16,294 bases of DNA. It comes from a bacterium (GTDB lineage Bacteria > SZUA-182 > DTGQ01 > JAFGSM01). The translations under genes were made by a program, and so were the position numbers. The stretch is from NCBI GenBank assembly GCA_049472355.1, contig JBLIRP010000083.1:1-16294 (forward strand), in the 5' to 3' direction. Each line of letters begins with the position of its first letter. Positions within the stretch are counted from its first letter, which is position 1. This document shows positions 8,914 to 16,294 of the stretch, one piece after another. The notes under the pieces are model-generated. The model saw only the letters and a list, made by a program, of their open reading frames with translations, did not search any database and was not told the DNA's origin.

Positions 8914-10086
8914 CTATGAGGAGGGGCCTTCCTTGCCGAAGGGTGAGAGTTCCCTGAGCCCCTGTATGATTCCCGGCATCACTTCGATGACATGATCGAT
9001 CTCGGCCTCATCGGTATACCTGCTCAGGGAAAAGCGTATGGACCCGTGGATTGCCGTGAAGGGCACCCCCATGGCCCTGAGCACATGACTCGGCTCCAGG
9101 GAACCCGAGGAGCAGGCCGAGCCTGAGGACGCACAGATATTGTGTTCATCGAGCCTGAGAAGAATCGCCTCGCCTTCCACGAACTCGAAGCTTATATTGG
9201 TCGTGTTGGGCAGGCGATGCTCGGTATCCCCGTTCACCCTTGCGTCCGGACAGCAGCGGAGCAATGCCCCCTCGAGCCTGTCCCTGAGCCTCCCCACCGA
9301 TTCGGCCTCCTTTTGGGGTTTCCTGTGTGCAAGGACACATGCCCTTCCCAGGCCGATAATGGAGGCCACGTTTTCGGTGCCCGCCCTTCTCCCCTGCTCC
9401 TGGTGCCCGCCGATCATATAGGGATAGAACCGGGTCCCCTTTCTCACGTACAGCGCACCAATCCCCTTCGGCGCGTGCAGCTTATGGCCGGAGAGGGAGA
9501 GCATATCCACGGGGAGATCCTTCATATCGATGGGAACCTTCCCCACAGCCTGCACCGCATCCGTATGAAACAGGATCTTCCGCTCCCGAAGGTACGCTCC
9601 TATCTCACGGATGGGGAAGATCACCCCGGTCTCATTGTTGGCATACATGACGGAGACGATTGCGGTATCCTCATCAACGGCCTTGGTGAAGGCATCCATA
9701 TCGAGCCTCCCCTTTGAATCCACGGGGAGGGAGGTGACGCGAAGGCCCTTCCTCGCAAGGTGCTTGCAGAAATTCAGGACTGCGGGGTGCTCCACCTTCG
9801 TGGTGATGATATGCCTTTTTTGAGGATACGATTCGATGGCGCTCATGATGGCGGTGTTGTCACTCTCGGTGCCGCAGCTCGTGAAAATGATCTCTTCCGG
9901 GTCCGCGCCGATAAGGGATGCAACACGCACCCTCGCCTTTTCTATCGTCCCGTGAAGCTGGCCACCGAAGGTGTGCATGCTGGAGGGATTCCCGTAAAAA
10001 TTCTCGAGAAAGGGGAGCATCTCGGTGAGAACCTCGGGCGCCACCGCCGTTGTCGCATTGTTGTCAAGATATATGATCCTATTCAT
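8914..10086 (-). CDS. nifS: Cysteine desulfurase NifS (group I)
   Basis: IYLDNNATT, YGNPSS, ANNETG, HTDAVQ, SGHK (PLP lysine), RAGTEN and SSGSACSS (catalytic Cys). Overlaps the nifU stop by 4 bp. Confidence 0.95.
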   Translation of the reverse strand: MNRIIYLDNNATTAVAPEVLTEMLPFLENFYGNPSSMHTFGGQLHGTIEKARVRVASLIGADPEEIIFTSCGTESDNTAIMSAIESYPQKRHIITTKVEHPAVLNFCKHLARKGLRVTSLPVDSKGRLDMDAFTKAVDEDTAIVSVMYANNETGVIFPIREIGAYLRERKILFHTDAVQAVGKVPIDMKDLPVDMLSLSGHKLHAPKGIGALYVRKGTRFYPYMIGGHQEQGRRAGTENVASIIGLGRACVLAHRKPQKEAESVGRLRDRLEGALLRCCPDARVNGDTEHRLPNTTNISFEFVEGEAILLRLDEHNICASSGSACSSGSLEPSHVLRAMGVPFTAIHGSIRFSLSRYTDEAEIDHVIEVMPGIIQGLRELSPFGKEGPSS

Positions 10087-10916
10087 TCACCCTCCACGAG
10101 GATATCCTCGCTCACCAACTCCCTTAATTTTTCTTCGATACCCTTTATGGTCACGCTACCCATCGGGCATTCGATACACATCCCCCTCAGGGAGACGATG
10201 ACCCTGTTCCCTTCCACATCGATAAGATCGAGGTCCCCGCCATCCGCCTGAAGACGTGGCCGGATCTCCTTTTCAATGACATCCTGGATGAGCGCTATCC
10301 TCTGGAGGTTGGTCATCTTCCTGGGGGTCTTCGGCGCCTCGACCGCCGTTTTCCCGGACCAGATATCCTTCAGGATCGCCTCTATGGCCGGGATACAGGT
10401 GCCGCATCCCCCTCCTGCCTTGGTGTAATTGGTGATCTCCTCGATGCTGGTGAGGTGATTTTCCATGGCCACCTTCCGTATCTTTTCCTCGGATACGTCA
10501 AAACATGTACAGATGATCCTCTCTCCCGTTTCCTCCGGTGTTTTCTCACCCCTGTAGTTTGCAATGGCAGCCTCCAGTGCCTCCCTCCCCATGACCGAGC
10601 AATGCATCTTCTCCTTGGGGAGCCCGCCGAGATAGTCGGCAATGTCCTGATTGGTGATTTTCAGGGCCTCGTCCACGGTCTTTCCCTTGACGAGCTCGGT
10701 GAGCACCGAGGAGCTTGCGATGGCAGAGGCGCAGCCGAAGGTCTTGAACTTTGCATTGGTGATCCTTCCCGTGTCCTTGTCGATCCTCAGGTAAAGCTTG
10801 AGCGCATCGCCGCAGACCATGCTTCCCACCTCTCCCACCGCATCCGGGTTCTCTATCTCACCCACATTCTTCGGGTGGAGGAAGAATTCCTTTACCTTTT
10901 TGGTATAGTCCCACAT
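10083..10916 (-). CDS. nifU: Fe-S cluster scaffold NifU (IscU-like domain, BFD-like [2Fe-2S] domain, Nfu domain)
   Basis: Starts MWDYTKKV at 10916. IscU cysteines VCGD, FGCASAIASSS and KMHCS; middle domain ICTCF...GGGCGTC; Nfu domain RPRLQADGGD...GMCIEC. Confidence 0.95.
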   Translation of the reverse strand: MWDYTKKVKEFFLHPKNVGEIENPDAVGEVGSMVCGDALKLYLRIDKDTGRITNAKFKTFGCASAIASSSVLTELVKGKTVDEALKITNQDIADYLGGLPKEKMHCSVMGREALEAAIANYRGEKTPEETGERIICTCFDVSEEKIRKVAMENHLTSIEEITNYTKAGGGCGTCIPAIEAILKDIWSGKTAVEAPKTPRKMTNLQRIALIQDVIEKEIRPRLQADGGDLDLIDVEGNRVIVSLRGMCIECPMGSVTIKGIEEKLRELVSEDILVEGE

Positions 10917-10923
10917 AATACGA

Positions 10924-10952
10924 TTTCTATCAGAAACGTCAAAACGTGTCAA
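10924..10952 (-). promoter_or_regulatory. Possible sigma70-type promoter of nifU
   Basis: The minus strand reads TTGACA-17 nt-TAGAAA with a TG extended -10 element, ending 7 nt before the ATG. Confidence 0.4.
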
Positions 10953-11042
10953 TGCGCATTTTTCCACAGGTCCTGATTGCGACGGGGTGTTCTCAGGGTA
11001 GTGCCCGCCGCGTCCCCGATCTCTCTGTCCGGGTCTTCCTTG

Positions 11043-11131
11043 CCGGGGCCATCTATCCCACCTGCCTTCTTCGGGCGAGGAGGAATTTCTTTACCTTTTT
11101 CGTATAATCCCGCATAATGTAACCTCTATCA
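11043..11131 (-). pseudogene. Degenerate duplicate of the nifU 5' end (frameshifted; 20-aa ORF at 11115..11053)
   Basis: 11068-11118 aligns with 10868-10919 at 45/52 positions by hand count (6 mismatches, 1 gap). It encodes MRDYTKKVKKFLL versus MWDYTKKVKEFFL in nifU. Confidence 0.8.
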
Positions 11132-11179
11132 TAGTCATCAAATACGACCCAATCGGTACCCGATGAAGGTATTTCACGT

Positions 11180-11563
11180 ATGTTGAAGGGTTTCTATCTC
11201 CCGGGGAACAGGGGGAGCACACTCGTGCAATCACTTGAATTTCACCATATCATCCGGAGATTGAGGGACAGGGTGAACGCCCTATCGCTCACTTACTGCG
11301 GGAGGCCGATCAATGCGGACTTCAAGGGCCTGGCAGACAGGGCCGCAAAGGTGAAGACAAAGGCATCCAGCCTGAGGTGGCTTGAGATAAGGAGGAAAAG
11401 CAGGACCCATGGCGTCATGCACGATCAGAGTGGCTTTGTCGGCAGTATCACCTTTGAGGGGGATCTCAGAGAGTTCCTCCCCCTGATCCTCGCCGGCGAA
11501 TACGTCCATGTGGGGGAGGATGCTGTCCTCGGGAATGGGTGGTACAGGGTCGAACAGATATGA
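11180..11563 (+). pseudogene. cas6: Cas6 (RAMP pre-crRNA endoribonuclease), C-terminal half only
   Basis: EFHHIIRRLRDRVNALSLTYCG...LRW...GFVGSITFEGDLREFLPLILAGEYVHVGEDAVLGNGWYRV ends in the Cas6 Gly-rich loop. Only 127 aa, with an in-frame stop upstream at 11132, so the N-terminal RRM domain is absent. Recognisable similarity starts near 11210. Confidence 0.8.
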
Positions 11564-11573
11564 AATATCGCTT

Positions 11574-12434
11574 TTATACAACCTCGATAATACCTTCTCT
11601 CAGTTTTTCAACCTGAAGCAATATTTCGTCAAAATAATCATCGGACATGGGCAATCCTCTGATCATATCAGTCACCAACCTGTATTGGGATCGTTCCCGT
11701 GTTTCGTCATCCAATATTTTTCGGACTGCGTGTAATGTGTCAGGATGAGATATCTTGCCCATATCCTTGCCAAGCAGTCTGATACTGGCGAGTCTTGTAT
11801 CGAAATTTTCTTCTTCGAGCAGCTCATGCTCTTCCCTGTAAAGTCTTTCAAAGTTGCCGGCTTCTTCATAGCTATGCATAATGAGCATCAAATCCTCAGC
11901 ATCTTTCTTGCGCTCAGGATATGCGTCTTTCCAGGAGATAATCTTCATGAGCGCCAATCCAGGCAGGGTTGGTAATCTGATATCGAGTAAAGGATCTGAA
12001 CTTAGTCTGACTATAATCGAATATTCAAAAGCATCCTTGAATCCAAGCATGCTCATGAATATCTCATGCTCCGGCGGCCAACTAATTCTCTTGTTTTCAT
12101 CGGTAATAGAGCCGAAGGGAACTATATCGATAAGAATAGAATTGAATCGAAACCTGTGTCGTTCCGCTGTAGAGGTAATTCTTCCTGTTTCCATTAATGA
12201 TTTCGTCAATTGATTGAACTGCGCCCAATTTTTAAGTTCAACACCCAGGTCGATATCCCTGGTCATTCTGGGTGGTTCTCTGCCGTAACAATGTTTGAGA
12301 ATGAGGTCTCTTGCTGAAGCCCCAACAATAAAAAAGGGGATGTGCAAGGAATCCGCAACCTCCTTCACGATGGAAAGAGCATCTACTGTCTGTTGATCAA
12401 TCTTCTCTGATAAGTTGAAGGATATGTTGCTCAT
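11574..12434 (-). CDS. Nucleotidyltransferase toxin, AbiEii/AbiGii-like (type IV TA)
   Basis: FFIVGASARDL...RMTRDIDLGV (Pol-beta NTase DxD motif), IDIVPFG, LMKIISW and KDAEDL. Its start overlaps the antitoxin 3' end. Confidence 0.85.
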   Translation of the reverse strand: MSNISFNLSEKIDQQTVDALSIVKEVADSLHIPFFIVGASARDLILKHCYGREPPRMTRDIDLGVELKNWAQFNQLTKSLMETGRITSTAERHRFRFNSILIDIVPFGSITDENKRISWPPEHEIFMSMLGFKDAFEYSIIVRLSSDPLLDIRLPTLPGLALMKIISWKDAYPERKKDAEDLMLIMHSYEEAGNFERLYREEHELLEEENFDTRLASIRLLGKDMGKISHPDTLHAVRKILDDETRERSQYRLVTDMIRGLPMSDDYFDEILLQVEKLREGIIEVV

Positions 12435-13437
12435 AGACTATCTTTGCTGTCTCGATGTTTCTCTGATTGCCTGTTGCCAGGAGATCCGCATAAATAAGGA
12501 TGGGATGCACCATGTCCTCATAGCGCCATACCTCATTTTGCTTCCAAAACCTTTCAAGTATTTCAACTTCGCCCGTTTGATCCTTCTTAAGCCTGTTCTC
12601 AATCAGGAGCGGATTAAGCTCCTGAGTCGTTGTATAGATCGTTATCATCTCGGGTTCCAGATATTGAGTGAGTCTTGCAGCGGCAATCTCTCCACCCCAC
12701 TGTGCCTTTAAAGGGTGCAGTTTCTTCTGTTTCCACCAGCCATATTCGCCTCCGAAGCGTCCCATAATCAGTTTTGGTCTCAATTGTTCCGGATAGGCAG
12801 TCACCCATCGCTGCAATAAATTCTCCCTCTGGGTCAGCCTCTGCCCTCGCTTTCCCATATCCAGGAGAAAGCCCAGCCCCTTTAGTTCTTTCATGATCCA
12901 GTCAACGGTGCCAAGGGCCACATTTGCCACAGCAGCAATCTCCCGGTAGGTCTTGTTCTCTAAACCAGGATTGCATAAGAAAGCATAAATCATTCTGAGG
13001 CCTGCCGGCTTGAACGCCCTGGTGAGTTTGGCCTGTTTAGCGATCTCCGGGGGTTTGTTTCCCTTTACAAAGAGGTACAGCGGTGGCTGATTGATAAGTG
13101 CATTGCCTGCCGTGTCGATAAATTCTACGCCATCCTGTCGTAACTGCTCCGCCATCTGTGCATTAATATATTTTGTAATCAATAAAAGCGGATATTGTAG
13201 CTTCTCCCGGTGCATGAATAATAAAAGCTTGTGGGTTTTTGTCACGGCAGTCTTGATTTCAGCATAGTAACGCAGCTCTTTGCCCTGCGCCACAATCCGA
13301 AGCAAACGGTCTGCCTGCACCTGGCCAGGCTCCGGCGCCAACGTCTCAATCTCTATGTGTGCCGGCACATTCTTCCCTAATGCCTCCAGGGCAAGCCGGA
13401 AGATCTCATCTTCTGTATCTTTGTTAATTTTGTGCAT
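12397..13437 (-). CDS. AbiEi-family antitoxin / transcriptional regulator (type IV TA)
   Basis: FIDTAGNA, winged-HTH TYREIAAVANVALGTVDWIMKEL, WGGEIAA and VHPILIYADLL. It lies directly upstream of an NTase gene. Confidence 0.85.
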   Translation of the reverse strand: MHKINKDTEDEIFRLALEALGKNVPAHIEIETLAPEPGQVQADRLLRIVAQGKELRYYAEIKTAVTKTHKLLLFMHREKLQYPLLLITKYINAQMAEQLRQDGVEFIDTAGNALINQPPLYLFVKGNKPPEIAKQAKLTRAFKPAGLRMIYAFLCNPGLENKTYREIAAVANVALGTVDWIMKELKGLGFLLDMGKRGQRLTQRENLLQRWVTAYPEQLRPKLIMGRFGGEYGWWKQKKLHPLKAQWGGEIAAARLTQYLEPEMITIYTTTQELNPLLIENRLKKDQTGEVEILERFWKQNEVWRYEDMVHPILIYADLLATGNQRNIETAKIVYEQHILQLIRED

Positions 13438-13442
13438 ACGTC

Positions 13443-13497
13443 TTGTTCACTTTTTTGCTATGTTCATTAATTATGAACATAGCAAAACTATGAACAA
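13443..13497. promoter_or_regulatory. Long inverted repeat, candidate antitoxin operator
   Basis: Perfect 15-bp arms TTTTGCTATGTTCAT (13453-13467) and ATGAACATAGCAAAA (13473-13487) around 5 nt. After 3 mismatches the arms extend with TTGTTCA/TGAACAA. Confidence 0.85.
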
Positions 13498-13504
13498 AAG
13501 TCAA
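13476..13504 (-). promoter_or_regulatory. Sigma70-type promoter of the TA operon
   Basis: The minus strand reads TTGACT (13504-13499), 17 nt, TATGTT (13481-13476) with a TG extended -10 element. The -10 box and spacer are covered by one arm of the inverted repeat. Confidence 0.65.
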
Positions 13505-13514
13505 GTCCCCCGGA

Positions 13515-13720
13515 TCCTCATAGTGCTTGAGAATGGAAATGGCTCTCGAAACAAGGTCGGCATCATAAACCATCTCATCATCGATTGAATGAGTAAGCAC
13601 ATGCACAGGGACGACACCCGTTCTCCCACGCCTGTTCACCCTGCCGAATCGCTGAACAAGGGCCTCAAGGGGGGCAGGCTCCGTGATGATCGTGTCAAAA
13701 TCAAGATCGAGGCTTACCTG
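13515..13720 (-). pseudogene. cas3: Cas3 helicase internal fragment (motifs V-VI, about 70 aa)
   Basis: QVSLDLDFDTIITEPAPLEALVQRFGRVNRRG...VHV...VYDADLVSRAISIL matches the Cas3 signature (E)VSLDID.D..ITE.AP.D.L.QR.GRVNR.G. There is no HD domain, Walker A or DEAH box upstream and no C-terminal domain downstream. Confidence 0.85.
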
Positions 13721-15343
13721 GCCTATGATGCGGCGGTTGCCACGATAGAGGCCGGCCTTCAACTGGCAAGCGCTGCATATACCCCCCTGAGTCTGGATTT
13801 CACCTGCTACCGAACGCCCTTCTCCCTGCTTACTATGGGGGAGATACACATGGACGCGCAAGCCGGGCGGGACCCCTTTCATGAGTACTTTACAGGGGTA
13901 TTGTGCGAGCGTCTTGCAACCGAAGGGATCAACCTGGTGGGGATCTCGGTGGCCTTCCCCGGGCAGGTACAGCCTGCTTACTCCCTTGCCTTCATCCTGC
14001 GCAGGAAGCTCCCCCACGTTTACCTCACCGTCGGCGGTCCGGCCATCACACAGTTCCTGGTGAGACTCAAGGGAGAGCGCCTGCGCTCCGCACTTGGCCC
14101 CTTCCATTCGGCGGTGCTCTTCGAAGGCGAAGATGCGCTCCTTGATCTCATACAGGGCCTTGAGAAGGGGGAAAGACCCTCGGGCGTCATCCGGGGCGGC
14201 CTTGTTTCAAACCTGGGGAGACTTCCAGCCCCCGATTTTGATGGATTGCCCATTGATCAGTACCTTGCGCCCAGTCTGGTGCTCCCCTATGACCCGAGCC
14301 GCGGCTGCTACTGGGGGAGATGTGCCTTCTGCCACTACGGCCTTGCCGAGTCAGGGACCGTCTGCTACCGTGAGCGTCCGGTCGAGCAGGTCGTCGAGCA
14401 CCTGGATCGCCTCTCGAAACGGTATAACTGCGGGGTCTTCTATTTTTCGGAGGATTCCCTGGCCCCTGCCACAGCCCTTCGCCTTGCCCGTGCATTTCGC
14501 AACTCCGGCCATTCCTGGCGCTGGAGCACGGACATGCGGCCTGAGCCGGTGATCACCCCGGAATACGCGAGCGAGCTTGCCGAAGGGGGGGCACTCAGCA
14601 TCGCCGTGGGTGTGGAGTCCGCGTCGCGCAGGATACTCCGCCTGATCAACAAAGGTATCAGCATAGCGGAGTCAAAGACCGCGATCCGGAACCTTGCCTC
14701 CGCAGATATCGCGGTCGAGGTCATGTGTTTTACCGACTTTCCCACGGAAACCGCTGGGGAGGCATTCGCTACCCTCCGCTTTCTTGACGAATATCACACG
14801 AGGATAGCGCTCTTCATGTGCGGTCGGTTTCATCTCACCCACGGGGCACCCGTGGCAATGAATCCGCGGGCCTTCGGAATTCGCGACATCTGGGAGGTCT
14901 CCGGGGACGAACTCGGCACCGGCATCTTTTACGAAGAGAAGTCCCAAGCGAAGACACGGATGGATCATCAGAGGATCGGGGATGCCATCCGTGCGCTTTC
15001 AGCCGGATGGTGGCTTCACAGATACCCATGGGCAGGGTCCCTCTCGACCGCCCATACCCTTCTCTGGTTTGATCAGCACGGCCCGGATGTATTCCGGCGG
15101 TATGCGGGAGTCCGGTCGCCTTCCGGCGGTTCGGGCGAGGGCCGCGGCATCACCAAAAGGCTCTTCGATGTGAGGGCGATCTCGGAAAAGGCATCGGAGC
15201 ACGAGGCGCGCATCTGGCACACCCTTGTATACAGACGGCGCTCGGTAACAAGGCGCGACTACGAGGAGCTTGCCCGCACCTTTCCTCCGGCGGGGAGAAT
15301 CTCACGGGGGCCTTCAGGAAAAAGGGGCAAAAAACGTATATGA
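13589..15343 (+). CDS. B12-binding-domain radical SAM protein, probably 5'-truncated (family-like sequence starts near 13720)
   Basis: LVGISVAFPGQV...TVGGP...FEGE (cobalamin-binding-like domain), PAPDFDGLP, SRGCYWGRCAFCHY (Fe-S motif), FYFSEDS and GVESASRRILRLINKG. The first ~44 codons are antisense cas3 sequence. Confidence 0.8.
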   Translation: MSKHMHRDDTRSPTPVHPAESLNKGLKGGRLRDDRVKIKIEAYLAYDAAVATIEAGLQLASAAYTPLSLDFTCYRTPFSLLTMGEIHMDAQAGRDPFHEYFTGVLCERLATEGINLVGISVAFPGQVQPAYSLAFILRRKLPHVYLTVGGPAITQFLVRLKGERLRSALGPFHSAVLFEGEDALLDLIQGLEKGERPSGVIRGGLVSNLGRLPAPDFDGLPIDQYLAPSLVLPYDPSRGCYWGRCAFCHYGLAESGTVCYRERPVEQVVEHLDRLSKRYNCGVFYFSEDSLAPATALRLARAFRNSGHSWRWSTDMRPEPVITPEYASELAEGGALSIAVGVESASRRILRLINKGISIAESKTAIRNLASADIAVEVMCFTDFPTETAGEAFATLRFLDEYHTRIALFMCGRFHLTHGAPVAMNPRAFGIRDIWEVSGDELGTGIFYEEKSQAKTRMDHQRIGDAIRALSAGWWLHRYPWAGSLSTAHTLLWFDQHGPDVFRRYAGVRSPSGGSGEGRGITKRLFDVRAISEKASEHEARIWHTLVYRRRSVTRRDYEELARTFPPAGRISRGPSGKRGKKRI

Positions 15344-15487
15344 CTGAATATCGTCATCTGGTTCCGCATGGTGACGGCAATAATCACTCCTCATGCATGT
15401 GCTTCAGCGTGCACAGGAGGAGGGGAATACCCCTGCCTTCCTCCCGGATGGAGAATCGGCCAGAATAGATAAGCGGATGATACATCA

Positions 15488-16294
15488 ATGAAACCCCTGT
15501 CACGCATATTCTCGCCCAGGCATACGTCACGCCACCACATCACCTGGAACGATACGGTGGTGCTCATCGGTATGGGCATCCTCCTCTATGTGGGTCTGTA
15601 TGTTGCCCGGAGGGCCCCGGCGTTCGCGGAGGCCCCGGAGATCTCCCTTTCTCCGCTGGCCATCCCCTGGTATGCCCTCCTCTCCGTCAGGAGGATGGCG
15701 GCCGCCTATTGCCTGACCATGCTCTTCGCCATGGTATACGGCTGCTTTGCCGCCTCGGACCGCCGGATCGAACAGGTCCTGATACCCCTCCTGGATGTGC
15801 TCCAGAGCGTGCCCATCCTCTCGTTTCTTCCGGTGGCCCTTTTGATCCTGAGCGCCGTCCTGCCCCAAAAAAGGGCGGTGGAGCTTGCCTCGGTGGTCCT
15901 GATCTTCACCAGCCAGGTCTGGCACCTCACGTTCGCCTGGTATCAATCCCTGATCACGGTCCCCAGGGAGTTGCGCGAGGCAGCCACGGTCTTCCGGTTC
16001 AACCGGTGGATGCGTTTCAAGACACTGGAGCTTCCCTTTGCCGCCGTCAGCATGATTTGGAACAGCATGATGAGTTGGGCAGGGGGATGGTTCTTCCTGA
16101 TGGCAGCCGAAATCTTTACGGTGGGGAACCGCGACTTCCGCCTTCCAGGGCTTGGCGCGTATCTCCACGAGGCGGCAGGCAGCGGCGATATCCGTGCGAT
16201 TTTATGGGGGGTAGGCGCCCTTATACTGGTCATTGTCTCCCTGGATCAGTTTGTATGGTGCCCGCTCCTTGCATGGTCCGAGCGATTCAAGCTG
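15488..16294 (+). CDS. ABC transporter permease subunit, NitT/TauT-type (anion transport); runs off the 3' end of the window
   Basis: Not in the ORF track because there is no stop in the window. Hand translation gives MKPLSRIF...IPLLDVLQSVPILSFLP...IFTSQVW...VPRELREAATVFR (EAA loop)...WNSMMSWAGGWFFLMAAE...LPGLGAY. Confidence 0.9.
   Translation, partial: MKPLSRIFSPRHTSRHHITWNDTVVLIGMGILLYVGLYVARRAPAFAEAPEISLSPLAIPWYALLSVRRMAAAYCLTMLFAMVYGCFAASDRRIEQVLIPLLDVLQSVPILSFLPVALLILSAVLPQKRAVELASVVLIFTSQVWHLTFAWYQSLITVPRELREAATVFRFNRWMRFKTLELPFAAVSMIWNSMMSWAGGWFFLMAAEIFTVGNRDFRLPGLGAYLHEAAGSGDIRAILWGVGALILVIVSLDQFVWCPLLAWSERFKL

Noticed and set aside
8914..10916. nifU/nifS as evidence of nitrogen fixation
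   Set aside because: No nitrogenase genes in the window, and NifUS serves as the housekeeping Fe-S system in many anaerobes.
10917..10967. Longer nifU start at 10967
   Set aside because: The family N-terminus is MWDY, the duplicate copy starts at the equivalent ATG, and the extension covers a candidate promoter.
11152..11164. Short palindrome ATCGG-TAC-CCGAT
   Set aside because: 5-bp arms are expected by chance.
13443..13497. Palindrome as an intrinsic terminator
   Set aside because: It is AT-rich, lies 5 nt upstream of a start codon and overlaps a predicted promoter, which fits an operator better.
10960..13720. CRISPR array or CreA-like mini-array near the cas fragments
   Set aside because: No repeat-spacer pattern seen. 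The intergenic space is explained by the nifU duplicate and the TA operator.
11150..13720. IS element or integron carrying the TA block
   Set aside because: No transposase or integrase, and no terminal inverted repeats, target duplication or attC-like site found by eye.
13424..14107. 227-aa minus-strand ORF as a real gene
   Set aside because: It is a chimera of antisense radical SAM sequence, a ~70-aa cas3 fragment and read-through across the TA operator.
15527..16233. Minus-strand ORFs (213, 74 and 96 aa)
   Set aside because: Antisense to the ABC permease, which the ORF track missed because it has no stop in the window.

Overview
Bacterial chromosomal window. The gene content (three-domain NifU with NifS, sigma54 two-component system) suggests an anaerobe such as a deltaproteobacterium; this is inference only. 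From left to right: (1) the end of a lipid-carrier amino-sugar modification operon (GT2 C-terminus, SDR epimerase, DegT-type aminotransferase, SAM methyltransferase, GT-C/ArnT-like membrane transferase); (2) a sensor kinase and NtrC-family activator, followed by a clear sigma54 promoter with tandem upstream palindromes, a small exported BON-like protein and a small Cys-repeat ORF; (3) nifU-nifS on the minus strand, preceded by a decayed duplicate of the nifU 5' end; (4) an intact type IV (AbiE-like) toxin-antitoxin pair with a long operator palindrome, lying between a cas6 3' fragment and a cas3 helicase fragment, with no CRISPR array; (5) a B12-binding radical SAM gene whose 5' end appears lost at the same junction as the cas3 fragment; (6) a NitT/TauT-type ABC permease running off the window. 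All family calls come from motifs read by eye, not from database searches.
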